Source: Patescibacteria group bacterium | Lineage (GTDB): Bacteria; Patescibacteriota; Patescibacteriia; JBHPGJ01 | NCBI GenBank assembly: GCA_042570545.1 | Contig: JBHPGJ010000003.1 | Coordinates: 8,214-72,213 of the forward strand | Direction of reading: 5' to 3' | Length of the DNA: 64,000 bases | Shown here: positions 26,440 through 34,955 of the stretch, in pieces | Numbering within the stretch: position 1 is the first letter of the stretch | How the letters are laid out: each line of letters opens with the position of its first letter | Program-made: the position numbers and the translations under genes | The notes under the pieces: generated by a model | Databases searched by the model: none | What the model was told of the DNA's origin: nothing | What the model saw: the letters and a program-made list of their open reading frames with translations, nothing else

Positions 26440-26997
26440 TTACTTTTTCTTAGGTTTACTTTTTCTGGGTTTAGTTTTTGCTCTTTTCTTAACTACTTTC
26501 TTTTTAGCCGGTCTAGCCTGCAATTTTAATCCCGAAGATTCTCCAATTGAACCAATTACCGGCTGTTCGGATTTTAGATAATCTTTAATTTTAATCCGTA
26601 GTGATTCGGTAAAACTGCCAGCGCCAAACAAGGCCTGAGCCGATTTGGTCAATGACCTGTCTATTATCACTTGAACTTTGTGTAGTGTGCCAAAGGGTGT
26701 AATAGCTCCAGGTTTAACATTAAATTTAGTTTTCATCTCCCCCTCTCGAGCGATCGAAACTTTTTTGGCCTTTAATAATTTTTTAAGCTTAGCCATATCC
26801 AGCTTTTGTTTAGCCGGCAACACGACTAACTTGTACTCTTTATCAACTTTTACTAAAAGCGTCTTGGCAATATCGTTAAGTTTTATTTTTAATGTTTGAG
26901 CTAGATCATAGGCAGTAAAAACCGTACGATGAGTTACAGCTTCGTAGGGTACTTTTAACTTTTTAAGATGGTTGATTACGTTTTTGGGTATAGACAT
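26440..26997 (-). CDS. YbaK/EbsC aminoacyl-tRNA editing-domain protein with Lys-rich tail
   Basis: IAKTLLVK, PGAITPFG and FGAGSFTESL motifs. Confidence 0.85.
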   Translation of the reverse strand: MSIPKNVINHLKKLKVPYEAVTHRTVFTAYDLAQTLKIKLNDIAKTLLVKVDKEYKLVVLPAKQKLDMAKLKKLLKAKKVSIAREGEMKTKFNVKPGAITPFGTLHKVQVIIDRSLTKSAQALFGAGSFTESLRIKIKDYLKSEQPVIGSIGESSGLKLQARPAKKKVVKKRAKTKPRKSKPKKK

Positions 26998-26998
26998 A

Positions 26999-27535
26999 TT
27001 ATTCGTCAGAATTATTATCTTTAGTTTTTGGTAAGTTTTTCTCGGAGAAGCGTCGCTGGACTAATACAACCAGAAAAGCAAAGACGACCGCAGTAAATCC
27101 AATAATCACATAAAATCCGGCTTCCGAGTAATAACGAAACAGCATTAAGGTTATCTCGACAAATAACCGGATCGTCATATACAGCAAGAATAAGAAATAT
27201 GAACGAATCATTATTTTCTGATGGGCCGGTAAACGACGATGACCAGTCATGTAATAAATAAGCTGCATAATAAAGAGCAATGGTACCACCAGGGCGATAT
27301 GAAACACCAAGCGATTGGCTTCATAGGCGGCTGGTTCGCAGCCTGGTCCGGCTGCTTCAACATTAACTAACCTGGTGATAATTATCTCATCATGACAAAA
27401 AGAATACTGGGGATTAAAGAATTTATCTAGATCACCCCAGGCACGCTCACCCAGTAATACTAATAGAATTACAAAAATAATAGCGTAAAATATACTCCAG
27501 GCCGAATATTTTTCTTTTTTTTGTTCAGTTGCCAT
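26999..27535 (-). CDS. Hypothetical 4-TM membrane protein
   Basis: Hydrophobic segments; translationally coupled within the operon. Confidence 0.75.
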   Translation of the reverse strand: MATEQKKEKYSAWSIFYAIIFVILLVLLGERAWGDLDKFFNPQYSFCHDEIIITRLVNVEAAGPGCEPAAYEANRLVFHIALVVPLLFIMQLIYYMTGHRRLPAHQKIMIRSYFLFLLYMTIRLFVEITLMLFRYYSEAGFYVIIGFTAVVFAFLVVLVQRRFSEKNLPKTKDNNSDE

Positions 27536-27867
27536 TATTTTACTTTATTATTACGTTTTTTCTTAAAAGATGCCAGCGGTAGTTGCTGTTGCTCTCCTTG
27601 TAGTTTGCGAGCCATCTGCTTGCCCTTGGTGGTCAACCTGACTGATTCAATATACCATTTATGAGGCGTCCGACGACCATAGCCGACGGCTAGCTCATGG
27701 TCGATCAGCCTTTCAATACTGCGGGTCACAATATTTTGTTGATCTTTTGATTTTGGCTTTTGTTTTTGGTCGGTGTAAAAATCTTGGAATTCTAATCGTA
27801 GTATTTGTTTTATTGGCCGTCGGTAGCTCTGGAGTAGAATGTAGCGCTGCAGTTTTGATAGACGCAT
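27535..27867 (-). CDS. Basic hypothetical protein, possible winged HTH
   Basis: MRLSKLQRYIL...TRSIERLIDHEL...VRLTTKGK; overlapping stop/start with both neighbours. Confidence 0.7.
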   Translation of the reverse strand: MRLSKLQRYILLQSYRRPIKQILRLEFQDFYTDQKQKPKSKDQQNIVTRSIERLIDHELAVGYGRRTPHKWYIESVRLTTKGKQMARKLQGEQQQLPLASFKKKRNNKVK

Positions 27868-29270
27868 TACTTCTTCTTTTTAATCTCGAGATGAAGTTCC
27901 GCCAATTGTTCGGGGGTGACTTCGGTTGGTGCTCCCATCAAGGGATCACTGACGTCATTACTGAGTGGGAAGGCGATAACCTCGCGAATATTCTTCTCCC
28001 CAGCAAATATCGATACCAATCGGTCAATACCTGGAGCAATACCGCCATGAGGTGGTACACCATACGTAAAAGCGGTTAATAAATGTTCAAAATCTTTTTT
28101 ATGTTTTTCGGTAAAACCGATACAATCAAAAACCTTGCTTTGTATCTCGGGATCATGTATACGAATGCTACCACCGCCAACCTCTTGTCCATTTAGAACC
28201 ATATCATGCTGCTGGCCGCGAGCCTGACCGGGATCAGTATCCAGTAAAGGTATATCCTCAGTTTTTGGCGCCGTAAACATATGATGACTGGGTGCCCACT
28301 TCTCACCGGCGCCGTAAAAATAATCATCGGCCGATTGTTTCGTGAACAGCGGAAAATCAGTAATCCAGGCAAAGGCTAGCTCGTTTGGATCTTTCTTATC
28401 CTTTCTCAAGTCAGGGGAATCGGTACTATATTTATCCATCGCTTCTTTATAGGTCAGTCGGGGCCAGGGTTGGGTGGTAATTTTTTTATCTGGGAAAAGT
28501 TCTTTGACTAAACTTGAAAAAAGTTTTTCTGTGATTTGTAATATATCATCTTGTTCGACAAAACTCATTTCCAAATCCAATTGATAAAACTCTCCCGGTG
28601 ACCGATCGGCCCGCGCATCTTCATCGCGAAAGCAAGGAGCAATCTGATAATATCTTTCAAAACCGGCTACCATCAATAACTGCTTATACTGCTGGGGACT
28701 TTGTGGTAAGGCAAAAAATTTACCAGGATGTACCCGTGATGGCACCAAATAATCCCGTGCCCCCTCGGGAGTTGATTTTGTTAGTATCGGAGTTTGAATC
28801 TCAACAAAATCATTATTATTAAGATATTCACGGATATAGCGAATAACACTGGCCCGTACTCTCAGGTTGCGAGCCATCCGCTTGTGACGCAAATCTAGAT
28901 AACGATATTTTAAGCGTAAATCATCACTAGCTTGCCGATCTTCATTAACTATTTCAAAGGGAGGAGTTTTGGCCCGGCTTAATATTACTAACTCGGTTGC
29001 CGAAATCTCAACCTGTCCGGTAGACACATCTTTATTCACATTTTTAGATTGGCGTTCTACCACCTGGCCAGTTACTTGAATAACAAATTCTGGTCTAAGT
29101 TTTTGGGCTTCTTTAATCGGAGCATCAAACACTACTTGAACTAAACCAGATCGATCACGCAGATCAATAAATACGATTTGTCCCATCCGCCTGACTCGAT
29201 GCACCCAGCCGGCTAGATTAACTGTCTTATCTACTAATTTAGTTGTTTGGCTGGTTAATATCCTGTTCAT
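27867..29270 (-). CDS. aspS: Aspartate--tRNA ligase (short form lacking the GAD insert)
   Basis: FIDLRDRSG, TPEGARDYLVPSR, ALPQSPQQYKQ, CFRDEDARADR and PPHGGIAPGIDRL motifs. Confidence 0.96.
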   Translation of the reverse strand: MNRILTSQTTKLVDKTVNLAGWVHRVRRMGQIVFIDLRDRSGLVQVVFDAPIKEAQKLRPEFVIQVTGQVVERQSKNVNKDVSTGQVEISATELVILSRAKTPPFEIVNEDRQASDDLRLKYRYLDLRHKRMARNLRVRASVIRYIREYLNNNDFVEIQTPILTKSTPEGARDYLVPSRVHPGKFFALPQSPQQYKQLLMVAGFERYYQIAPCFRDEDARADRSPGEFYQLDLEMSFVEQDDILQITEKLFSSLVKELFPDKKITTQPWPRLTYKEAMDKYSTDSPDLRKDKKDPNELAFAWITDFPLFTKQSADDYFYGAGEKWAPSHHMFTAPKTEDIPLLDTDPGQARGQQHDMVLNGQEVGGGSIRIHDPEIQSKVFDCIGFTEKHKKDFEHLLTAFTYGVPPHGGIAPGIDRLVSIFAGEKNIREVIAFPLSNDVSDPLMGAPTEVTPEQLAELHLEIKKKK

Positions 29271-29715
29271 TTGTTATTGGTTCCAGATTTAAAAATAATT
29301 CTTGAGTAGAAAATAAATTAACAGCAATTAGACCGCTCCATTCTTCGGTATTTTCCGGCTGTATCGTATATTGGCCATGTGGCAATTTAATTACTGCCGT
29401 GCCGACAGAATTTGTTCTTACGGTAGTTGATATCAAATTTCGACTGATAGGTTGTCCATATTCCTCAATCAATAAATTCTCGTTGGCTACCGCCGTTAAA
29501 TCACCTGCCGACCTGACCCTGACAACTAATTCATATTGAGCCAGTGGATTGGTGACTGAATCTTCGGTCGGCGAAGAAGAAAGTAAATTAATATAATAAA
29601 CTGCGTAATAACCGATACCGGTTAGTAATATCAATGACAATACAACCAAAGCTATGCGCAGAATAACAATATTTGTAGATAAATCTGGTTCTATTAGCGG
29701 TTCGGGTTTAACCAT
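29239..29715 (-). CDS. Membrane-anchored hypothetical protein
   Basis: Probable start MVKPEPL at 29715, 2 bp after the asnS stop; one TM plus a beta-rich domain. Confidence 0.65.
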   Translation of the reverse strand: MVKPEPLIEPDLSTNIVILRIALVVLSLILLTGIGYYAVYYINLLSSSPTEDSVTNPLAQYELVVRVRSAGDLTAVANENLLIEEYGQPISRNLISTTVRTNSVGTAVIKLPHGQYTIQPENTEEWSGLIAVNLFSTQELFLNLEPITNEQDINQPNN

Positions 29716-29717
29716 GG

Positions 29718-31010
29718 TTATGGACGTAAACGATTCAGCATCCGAGGGAAGGGAATAGTTTCTCTGATATGCGTAATCTTGCCCAGCCAAGCGACTACTC
29801 TTTCTAACCCCACGCCAAATCCAGAATGTGGAAATGTACCGTACTTACGCAAATCAAGATACCATTCATATTCTTTCTGGGGCAGTTTGAATTCCCTTAA
29901 TTTCTTAACTAACAGATTATAATCGCTAATTCGCTCTGAGCCACCAATTATTTCACCATAGCCCTCGGGGGCGATCAGATCGGCATTAAGAACTAGTTTT
30001 TCATTCTCGGGATCAGGTTGCATATAAAAGGCTTTTATAGCGGCCGGATACTTGGTGATAAATACGGGCTGATCATATTCCTGACTGATTGTAGTTTCAT
30101 CTTCAGCGCCTAGGTCACTACCCCATTTAATATTGGAGCCTTTCTGCTGTAAAGTCTTAATTGCTTCATCATAGGTCAAGCGCGGAAAAGGAGTTCTAAT
30201 TTTTTTCAAAGATTCTGGATCGCGTTCTAGTATTTTTAATTCATCCAGCGATTCATCTAATACACTTTTTATAACCGAAACGATGAGATTTTCTTGAATT
30301 TGTAAATTTTCTTCATGTTCGACAAAAGCCGCTTCCGCATCAAGCATCCAAAACTCGGCTAAGTGTCGTCGAGTCTTTGATTTCTCGGCTCGAAATGTGG
30401 GTCCAAAATCATATACCCTGCCCAGAGCTGCTGCTGTGGCTTCGATATAAAGCTGTCCCGTCTGGGCCAAATATGCGGTTTCACCGTGAAACTCGGTTTT
30501 AAATAAGGTGGTCGTCCCTTCAGCAGCAGTAGGAGTGAGAATTGGTGAATCGGTTAATACAAAACCATTTTCTTTCATGTATGATCTCAGGGCCCAGACG
30601 ATCTGGTCACGCAGCTTCAAGGCTGCTCTCTGCCGACTTGAACGAAGCCAAATATGCCGGTGGTCCATTAGAAACTGGGTACCGTGGGCTTTCTTGGCAA
30701 TGGGATAATCATCAGCGATCTGTATAATTTCAACATTCTTTCCAGTTAACTCAAATCCAGAAGGCGATCTCTTTTCCTGTTTTACTTCTCCAGTAATTAT
30801 GACCGATGATTCAATGGTTATTTTTTCCAGTGTTTTAAAAGTATCATCACTGACAGCTTTTTGTTCAACTACGACTTGTATCACTCCTGTACCATCTCTG
30901 ATTTGCAGAAAAAATATTTTCCCACTTGAACGGATGTTAAATACCCAGCCTTTTAAATGAATGGTCTGTCCGATATATTTACCGATATCTTTTATATATG
31001 CTACTGACAT
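29718..31010 (-). CDS. asnS: Asparagine--tRNA ligase
   Basis: YLAQTGQLY, GPTFRAEKSKTRRHLAEFWM, GEIIGGSER and PHSGFGVGLER motifs. Confidence 0.97.
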   Translation of the reverse strand: MSVAYIKDIGKYIGQTIHLKGWVFNIRSSGKIFFLQIRDGTGVIQVVVEQKAVSDDTFKTLEKITIESSVIITGEVKQEKRSPSGFELTGKNVEIIQIADDYPIAKKAHGTQFLMDHRHIWLRSSRQRAALKLRDQIVWALRSYMKENGFVLTDSPILTPTAAEGTTTLFKTEFHGETAYLAQTGQLYIEATAAALGRVYDFGPTFRAEKSKTRRHLAEFWMLDAEAAFVEHEENLQIQENLIVSVIKSVLDESLDELKILERDPESLKKIRTPFPRLTYDEAIKTLQQKGSNIKWGSDLGAEDETTISQEYDQPVFITKYPAAIKAFYMQPDPENEKLVLNADLIAPEGYGEIIGGSERISDYNLLVKKLREFKLPQKEYEWYLDLRKYGTFPHSGFGVGLERVVAWLGKITHIRETIPFPRMLNRLRP

Positions 31011-31095
31011 TTAGTCTAAGTATAATTAAACCATACCGACATTAGTCTGGATAATCCATGTTCATGTAAACACAGATTATTATACCATTTTTCAC

Positions 31096-31668
31096 TCATC
31101 TGTCAACGAACTTTTTATAATATATTTTCTTATTTAGAACTGTTACCACTATTACAATAGCTAATAATCCCCACCATAAATCATCAGCGGTGTCTAAAAG
31201 ATTAGTAATCCTATTGGTATTGAACAATATATCACCAACGTATTCGGTAATCTCATATAATACTGTAAGTAGCATGGCTGATGATATTACTATAAAATTA
31301 TGCCAAAATTTGGATAAATTTAATTCTCCTTTTTGTTGAAAACCAGCGAAGATATACACAAATATAGCTGCCACCATAGCCGGACCAACCACGTGTACCA
31401 ATTGATCCCACCAGCCATAGCGACCATAAAGGTGAGCAAAATTACCGGCGGCATCAAACCATATGCCAGCAGCTACTAACAGCCAAAGCCAGCTTGGTAG
31501 ATGAGTGTTTCTTTTTTTAAAATAAGAATTAATACCCAAATACAAAAGCACTCCTATAACATTGGTACTGATAAGCGCTAACTTTCTCTCCAGATTGTCA
31601 TAATCCAAAAACAGCTCTAAAAATAGTAGCACCACTAAAGAAAATAAACTAAAAGTTCTAATTCCCAT
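31096..31668 (-). CDS. Membrane protein (DUF2238/VanZ-like)
   Basis: LYGRYGWWDQLVH...LYEITEY...DTADDL pattern in a multi-TM protein. Confidence 0.7.
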   Translation of the reverse strand: MGIRTFSLFSLVVLLFLELFLDYDNLERKLALISTNVIGVLLYLGINSYFKKRNTHLPSWLWLLVAAGIWFDAAGNFAHLYGRYGWWDQLVHVVGPAMVAAIFVYIFAGFQQKGELNLSKFWHNFIVISSAMLLTVLYEITEYVGDILFNTNRITNLLDTADDLWWGLLAIVIVVTVLNKKIYYKKFVDR

Positions 31669-34345
31669 GTTGATGGCTTAAGCGGCGACGATAAAAAACT
31701 TTAATTAACTCAATCATCATTATCACAATAACCGCCGAGATAATTACCAATATCCACTCATTCAATCCAATTGATACAATTTGAAATACATTCTGTAGTG
31801 CCGGTAGATACAAAGCCAGTAACTGCATTATCAAACCTATGCCAATGGCAAATATCAACCAGCGGTTATTAAATGTTTTTAACGAGAATATCGAGTGTCT
31901 AAGCGATTTCACACTAAAGGCAAATAATAATGTATCAATTCCCAGCGCGGCAAAAGCTACGCTTCGAGCCAAGGCGGCATCACCGGTACTGTGCCAGTAA
32001 AACCAGAATAGGCCTAAGGTGATAAGGGCAGTGATAAGACTGACCGATATAATTAACATTCTCATCTGAGGGGAAATAATTGACTCCGAAGCCGGCCGTG
32101 GTGGCACCTTCATGCTTTCCACCTCTTCCGGTTCAACGGTCAAGGCAATGTGAGGAAAGCCATCAGTAATAAGATTAATCCACAAGATCTGGGCAGCTAT
32201 AAGCGGGAGGGGAAAATCTTTAATCCATATACTGATAATCAAGCTGGTTCCAATTAAGATTACTTGAGTGAAGCTATCAGCAATTAAATACGTTACCAGT
32301 TTCCTCATATTATCAAAAATAACCCGCCCTTGGCGGATAGCCGATACTATCGATTTAAAATTATTATCCATCAATACCATACTGGCCGTCTCTTTGGCTA
32401 CAGCCGTACCCGAACCTAGAGCCACTCCGATATCAGCTGAGCGCAGGGCTGGGGCATCGTTAACACCATCACCAGTCATAGCTACTACCTCTCCTCTGGC
32501 CTGCAGGGCATCGACAATGCGTAATTTATCACGCGGTGATACCCGGGCGTAAACAGAAACTTTTTCTACTCGCTCAACTAGATCGTGATCGGATAAAGCC
32601 TTTAATTCATCACCATCTAATATATTCTGACTTTCATTGGGTAGGCCCAGTTCGCCGGCGATAGCCTTAGCTGTATTGTGATGATCGCCGGTAATCATGG
32701 CTACTTTAACACCGGCTTGTTTTACGCTTTCTATGGTTTCATTAACCGATGCCCGCAATGGATCTTTAATAATTACAAAACCAGTGAATATTAATGGTGT
32801 TTCTAAAATGTTAAGATCATGAAAAGCATTTACTTTTGGTCCGACTGAACTATAAGCCAGAGCCAACAAACGTAGTCCTTTGCCGCTTAATTGATCAAAT
32901 TTATGCCTTAATTTGTCTCGGTGGTCTTTACTTAATCCTTTTACCTTATCACCATCTAAATAGCGGTCAGACATATTAAGTATGTTTTCCGGTGCTCCTT
33001 TAGCCAATAATTGGCGGTGTTTTTTTTCAGCCCGATGCAGTGTCATCATATATTTTCGTTCGGAGCTGAAAGGTATGGTATCCAATCGCGGCATTTCCTT
33101 ATCTAAACGTGATTTGCGAAAACCTAATTTATTACCAGCGGCCAACAAGGCTCGTTCCGTGGGATTGCCGATCACCTTCCAGTCTTTTAATTCAGCATCT
33201 TCATTTTCAATAAAAGCATCATTGCAGAGCATGCCGATCTTTAATAACTGAACAACATGTTCAGGATGTTTGCTTTCAGCCGATATTTTATCAGTATCAT
33301 ATTCGTTATCACTAGCAATGATTCCTACTACGTGCATTTGGCCCTCGGTTAGAGTTCCAGTCTTATCAGTGCAAATAATAGTAGTAGAACCTAGTGTTTC
33401 GGCAGCTAATAATCTTCTTGTTAAGGCTTTCTTTTTTAACATCCGCTGCATGCCAATTGTTAAAATAACAGTAATGCCGATGACTAACCCCTCGGGTACC
33501 GCCGCTACCGCTACTGCTACAGCGGTGGTAAACATTTGTACCACATCTTTGTTGGCAATCACCCCAATTGAAAAAATTAAGATACTTATGGCCAGTACTA
33601 TATAACTTAAAGTTTTACCTAAGTTTTGTAACTGTTTTTGCAGAGGCGTAGATTCTTCCTTGGTCGCTTTTACCAGTTCAGCAATTTTTCCAATTTCTGT
33701 TTTATTTTTAGTACTAACAACTACCGCTCGGCCTTCACCGCGGGCAACGGTAGTCCCCATAAACACCATGTTAGCCTGGTCACCGACGCCTTTATCTTCA
33801 GATATTTCTGACTCAATTTTTTCTACTGGAAATGATTCTCCGGTCAAGGCCGCTTCGTTTGTATAAAGCGATACCGACTTAATGACCCGGCAGTCAGCGG
33901 GGATGTGATCACCGGTACGTAAAACCACAATATCACCGACCACAACATAAGTAGAATCTATTTGATGTTCTTTACCATCACGTAAAACCACTGACTTGTA
34001 AGTAACCGCTTCACGAAGTTTATCTAATGACCTTTCGGCCCTATATTCTTGTAGCCAACCGACGACAACATTGATAATAACCGCTACGGCTATAATCCAG
34101 CCATCGACAAAATCGCCCAAGGCAAAGCTAATAGTGCTGGCTGCTACTAGGATCAGAACCATAGCCGATCTAAATTGATTAAAGAATATCTTTAAACCAG
34201 GCAAGGGCGGGGCCTTAGGCAGGATATTCTTACCTTGCTGAGTTAATCTTTTTTTAGCTTCTTCAACAGTCAGTCCATCGGCTATACTCTTAACTTTCTT
34301 TAGTACTGAATCAACTTTCTGTTGATACCACTTTTTACTAGGCAT
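31658..34345 (-). CDS. P-type cation-transporting ATPase (type II, Ca2+-like)
   Basis: TGES, VPEGL, DKTGTLT, KGAPE, TGD, GDGVNDAPAL and QILWINLITDG motifs. Confidence 0.96.
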   Translation of the reverse strand: MPSKKWYQQKVDSVLKKVKSIADGLTVEEAKKRLTQQGKNILPKAPPLPGLKIFFNQFRSAMVLILVAASTISFALGDFVDGWIIAVAVIINVVVGWLQEYRAERSLDKLREAVTYKSVVLRDGKEHQIDSTYVVVGDIVVLRTGDHIPADCRVIKSVSLYTNEAALTGESFPVEKIESEISEDKGVGDQANMVFMGTTVARGEGRAVVVSTKNKTEIGKIAELVKATKEESTPLQKQLQNLGKTLSYIVLAISILIFSIGVIANKDVVQMFTTAVAVAVAAVPEGLVIGITVILTIGMQRMLKKKALTRRLLAAETLGSTTIICTDKTGTLTEGQMHVVGIIASDNEYDTDKISAESKHPEHVVQLLKIGMLCNDAFIENEDAELKDWKVIGNPTERALLAAGNKLGFRKSRLDKEMPRLDTIPFSSERKYMMTLHRAEKKHRQLLAKGAPENILNMSDRYLDGDKVKGLSKDHRDKLRHKFDQLSGKGLRLLALAYSSVGPKVNAFHDLNILETPLIFTGFVIIKDPLRASVNETIESVKQAGVKVAMITGDHHNTAKAIAGELGLPNESQNILDGDELKALSDHDLVERVEKVSVYARVSPRDKLRIVDALQARGEVVAMTGDGVNDAPALRSADIGVALGSGTAVAKETASMVLMDNNFKSIVSAIRQGRVIFDNMRKLVTYLIADSFTQVILIGTSLIISIWIKDFPLPLIAAQILWINLITDGFPHIALTVEPEEVESMKVPPRPASESIISPQMRMLIISVSLITALITLGLFWFYWHSTGDAALARSVAFAALGIDTLLFAFSVKSLRHSIFSLKTFNNRWLIFAIGIGLIMQLLALYLPALQNVFQIVSIGLNEWILVIISAVIVIMMIELIKVFYRRRLSHQHGN

Positions 34346-34443
34346 ATATGTATTTTACCACAGTAACTTTCTATAATGAAAAGCAGAGCCGGAAATCATA
34401 GAAAATGATAAGCTCTGCTTTGTTGTGGCTATAAATTGGTCGG

Positions 34444-34800
34444 TCACTGGCTTGCATGGTGGGGGTCCTTTCCGTCAGAGGTCGGCTTTGAAATTACCTC
34501 TATAGTGAGGGGGTCAAGGTAATCTGACAGCGAACTGCCGAAAACGTCAGCCAAGCCGTTAAGCCGGGCGTAAAGCAATTGCCGTATTTGCCGGCGAGTG
34601 GGTTTGTCAAAATTGCCCTCCAGAGCAATATGACATCCTTGACGACAGTTTTCGTTTACCTTGCCGCATATAGTCGGGGCCAGACCGAGCAAATCCTGCA
34701 GAACAAAACGAGCGATGAAAAAGACAATGTTGCCGTAAATGCTTCTGATCAGCTGGCTTTGCCCAGTAACGGTATATTCAATATCCATTTTCTTGATCAA
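34444..34800 (-). CDS. Hypothetical protein
   Basis: AAGGAGGTG SD (34807-34815) before TTG at 34800; AAGCAGAGC/GCTCTGCTT hairpin downstream (34381-34420). Confidence 0.6.
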   Translation of the reverse strand: MIKKMDIEYTVTGQSQLIRSIYGNIVFFIARFVLQDLLGLAPTICGKVNENCRQGCHIALEGNFDKPTRRQIRQLLYARLNGLADVFGSSLSDYLDPLTIEVISKPTSDGKDPHHASQ

Positions 34801-34851
34801 CGAAATCACCTCCTTAATCAGGACTGTAAAAACTAGTGAGCACCAATTTAT

Positions 34852-34888
34852 AAATGAACAGCAAAACGTTTGTTTTTGCTGTTCATTT
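34852..34888. terminator. Perfect 15-bp inverted repeat (terminator-like)
   Basis: AAATGAACAGCAAAA-N7-TTTTGCTGTTCATTT downstream of the FN3 gene. Confidence 0.55.
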
Positions 34889-34955
34889 TTGAGCTTAAGC
34901 ATTATAACAAAACGGCAAAATTAATACCAATTCAACATACATAGAGAGGTAGAAT

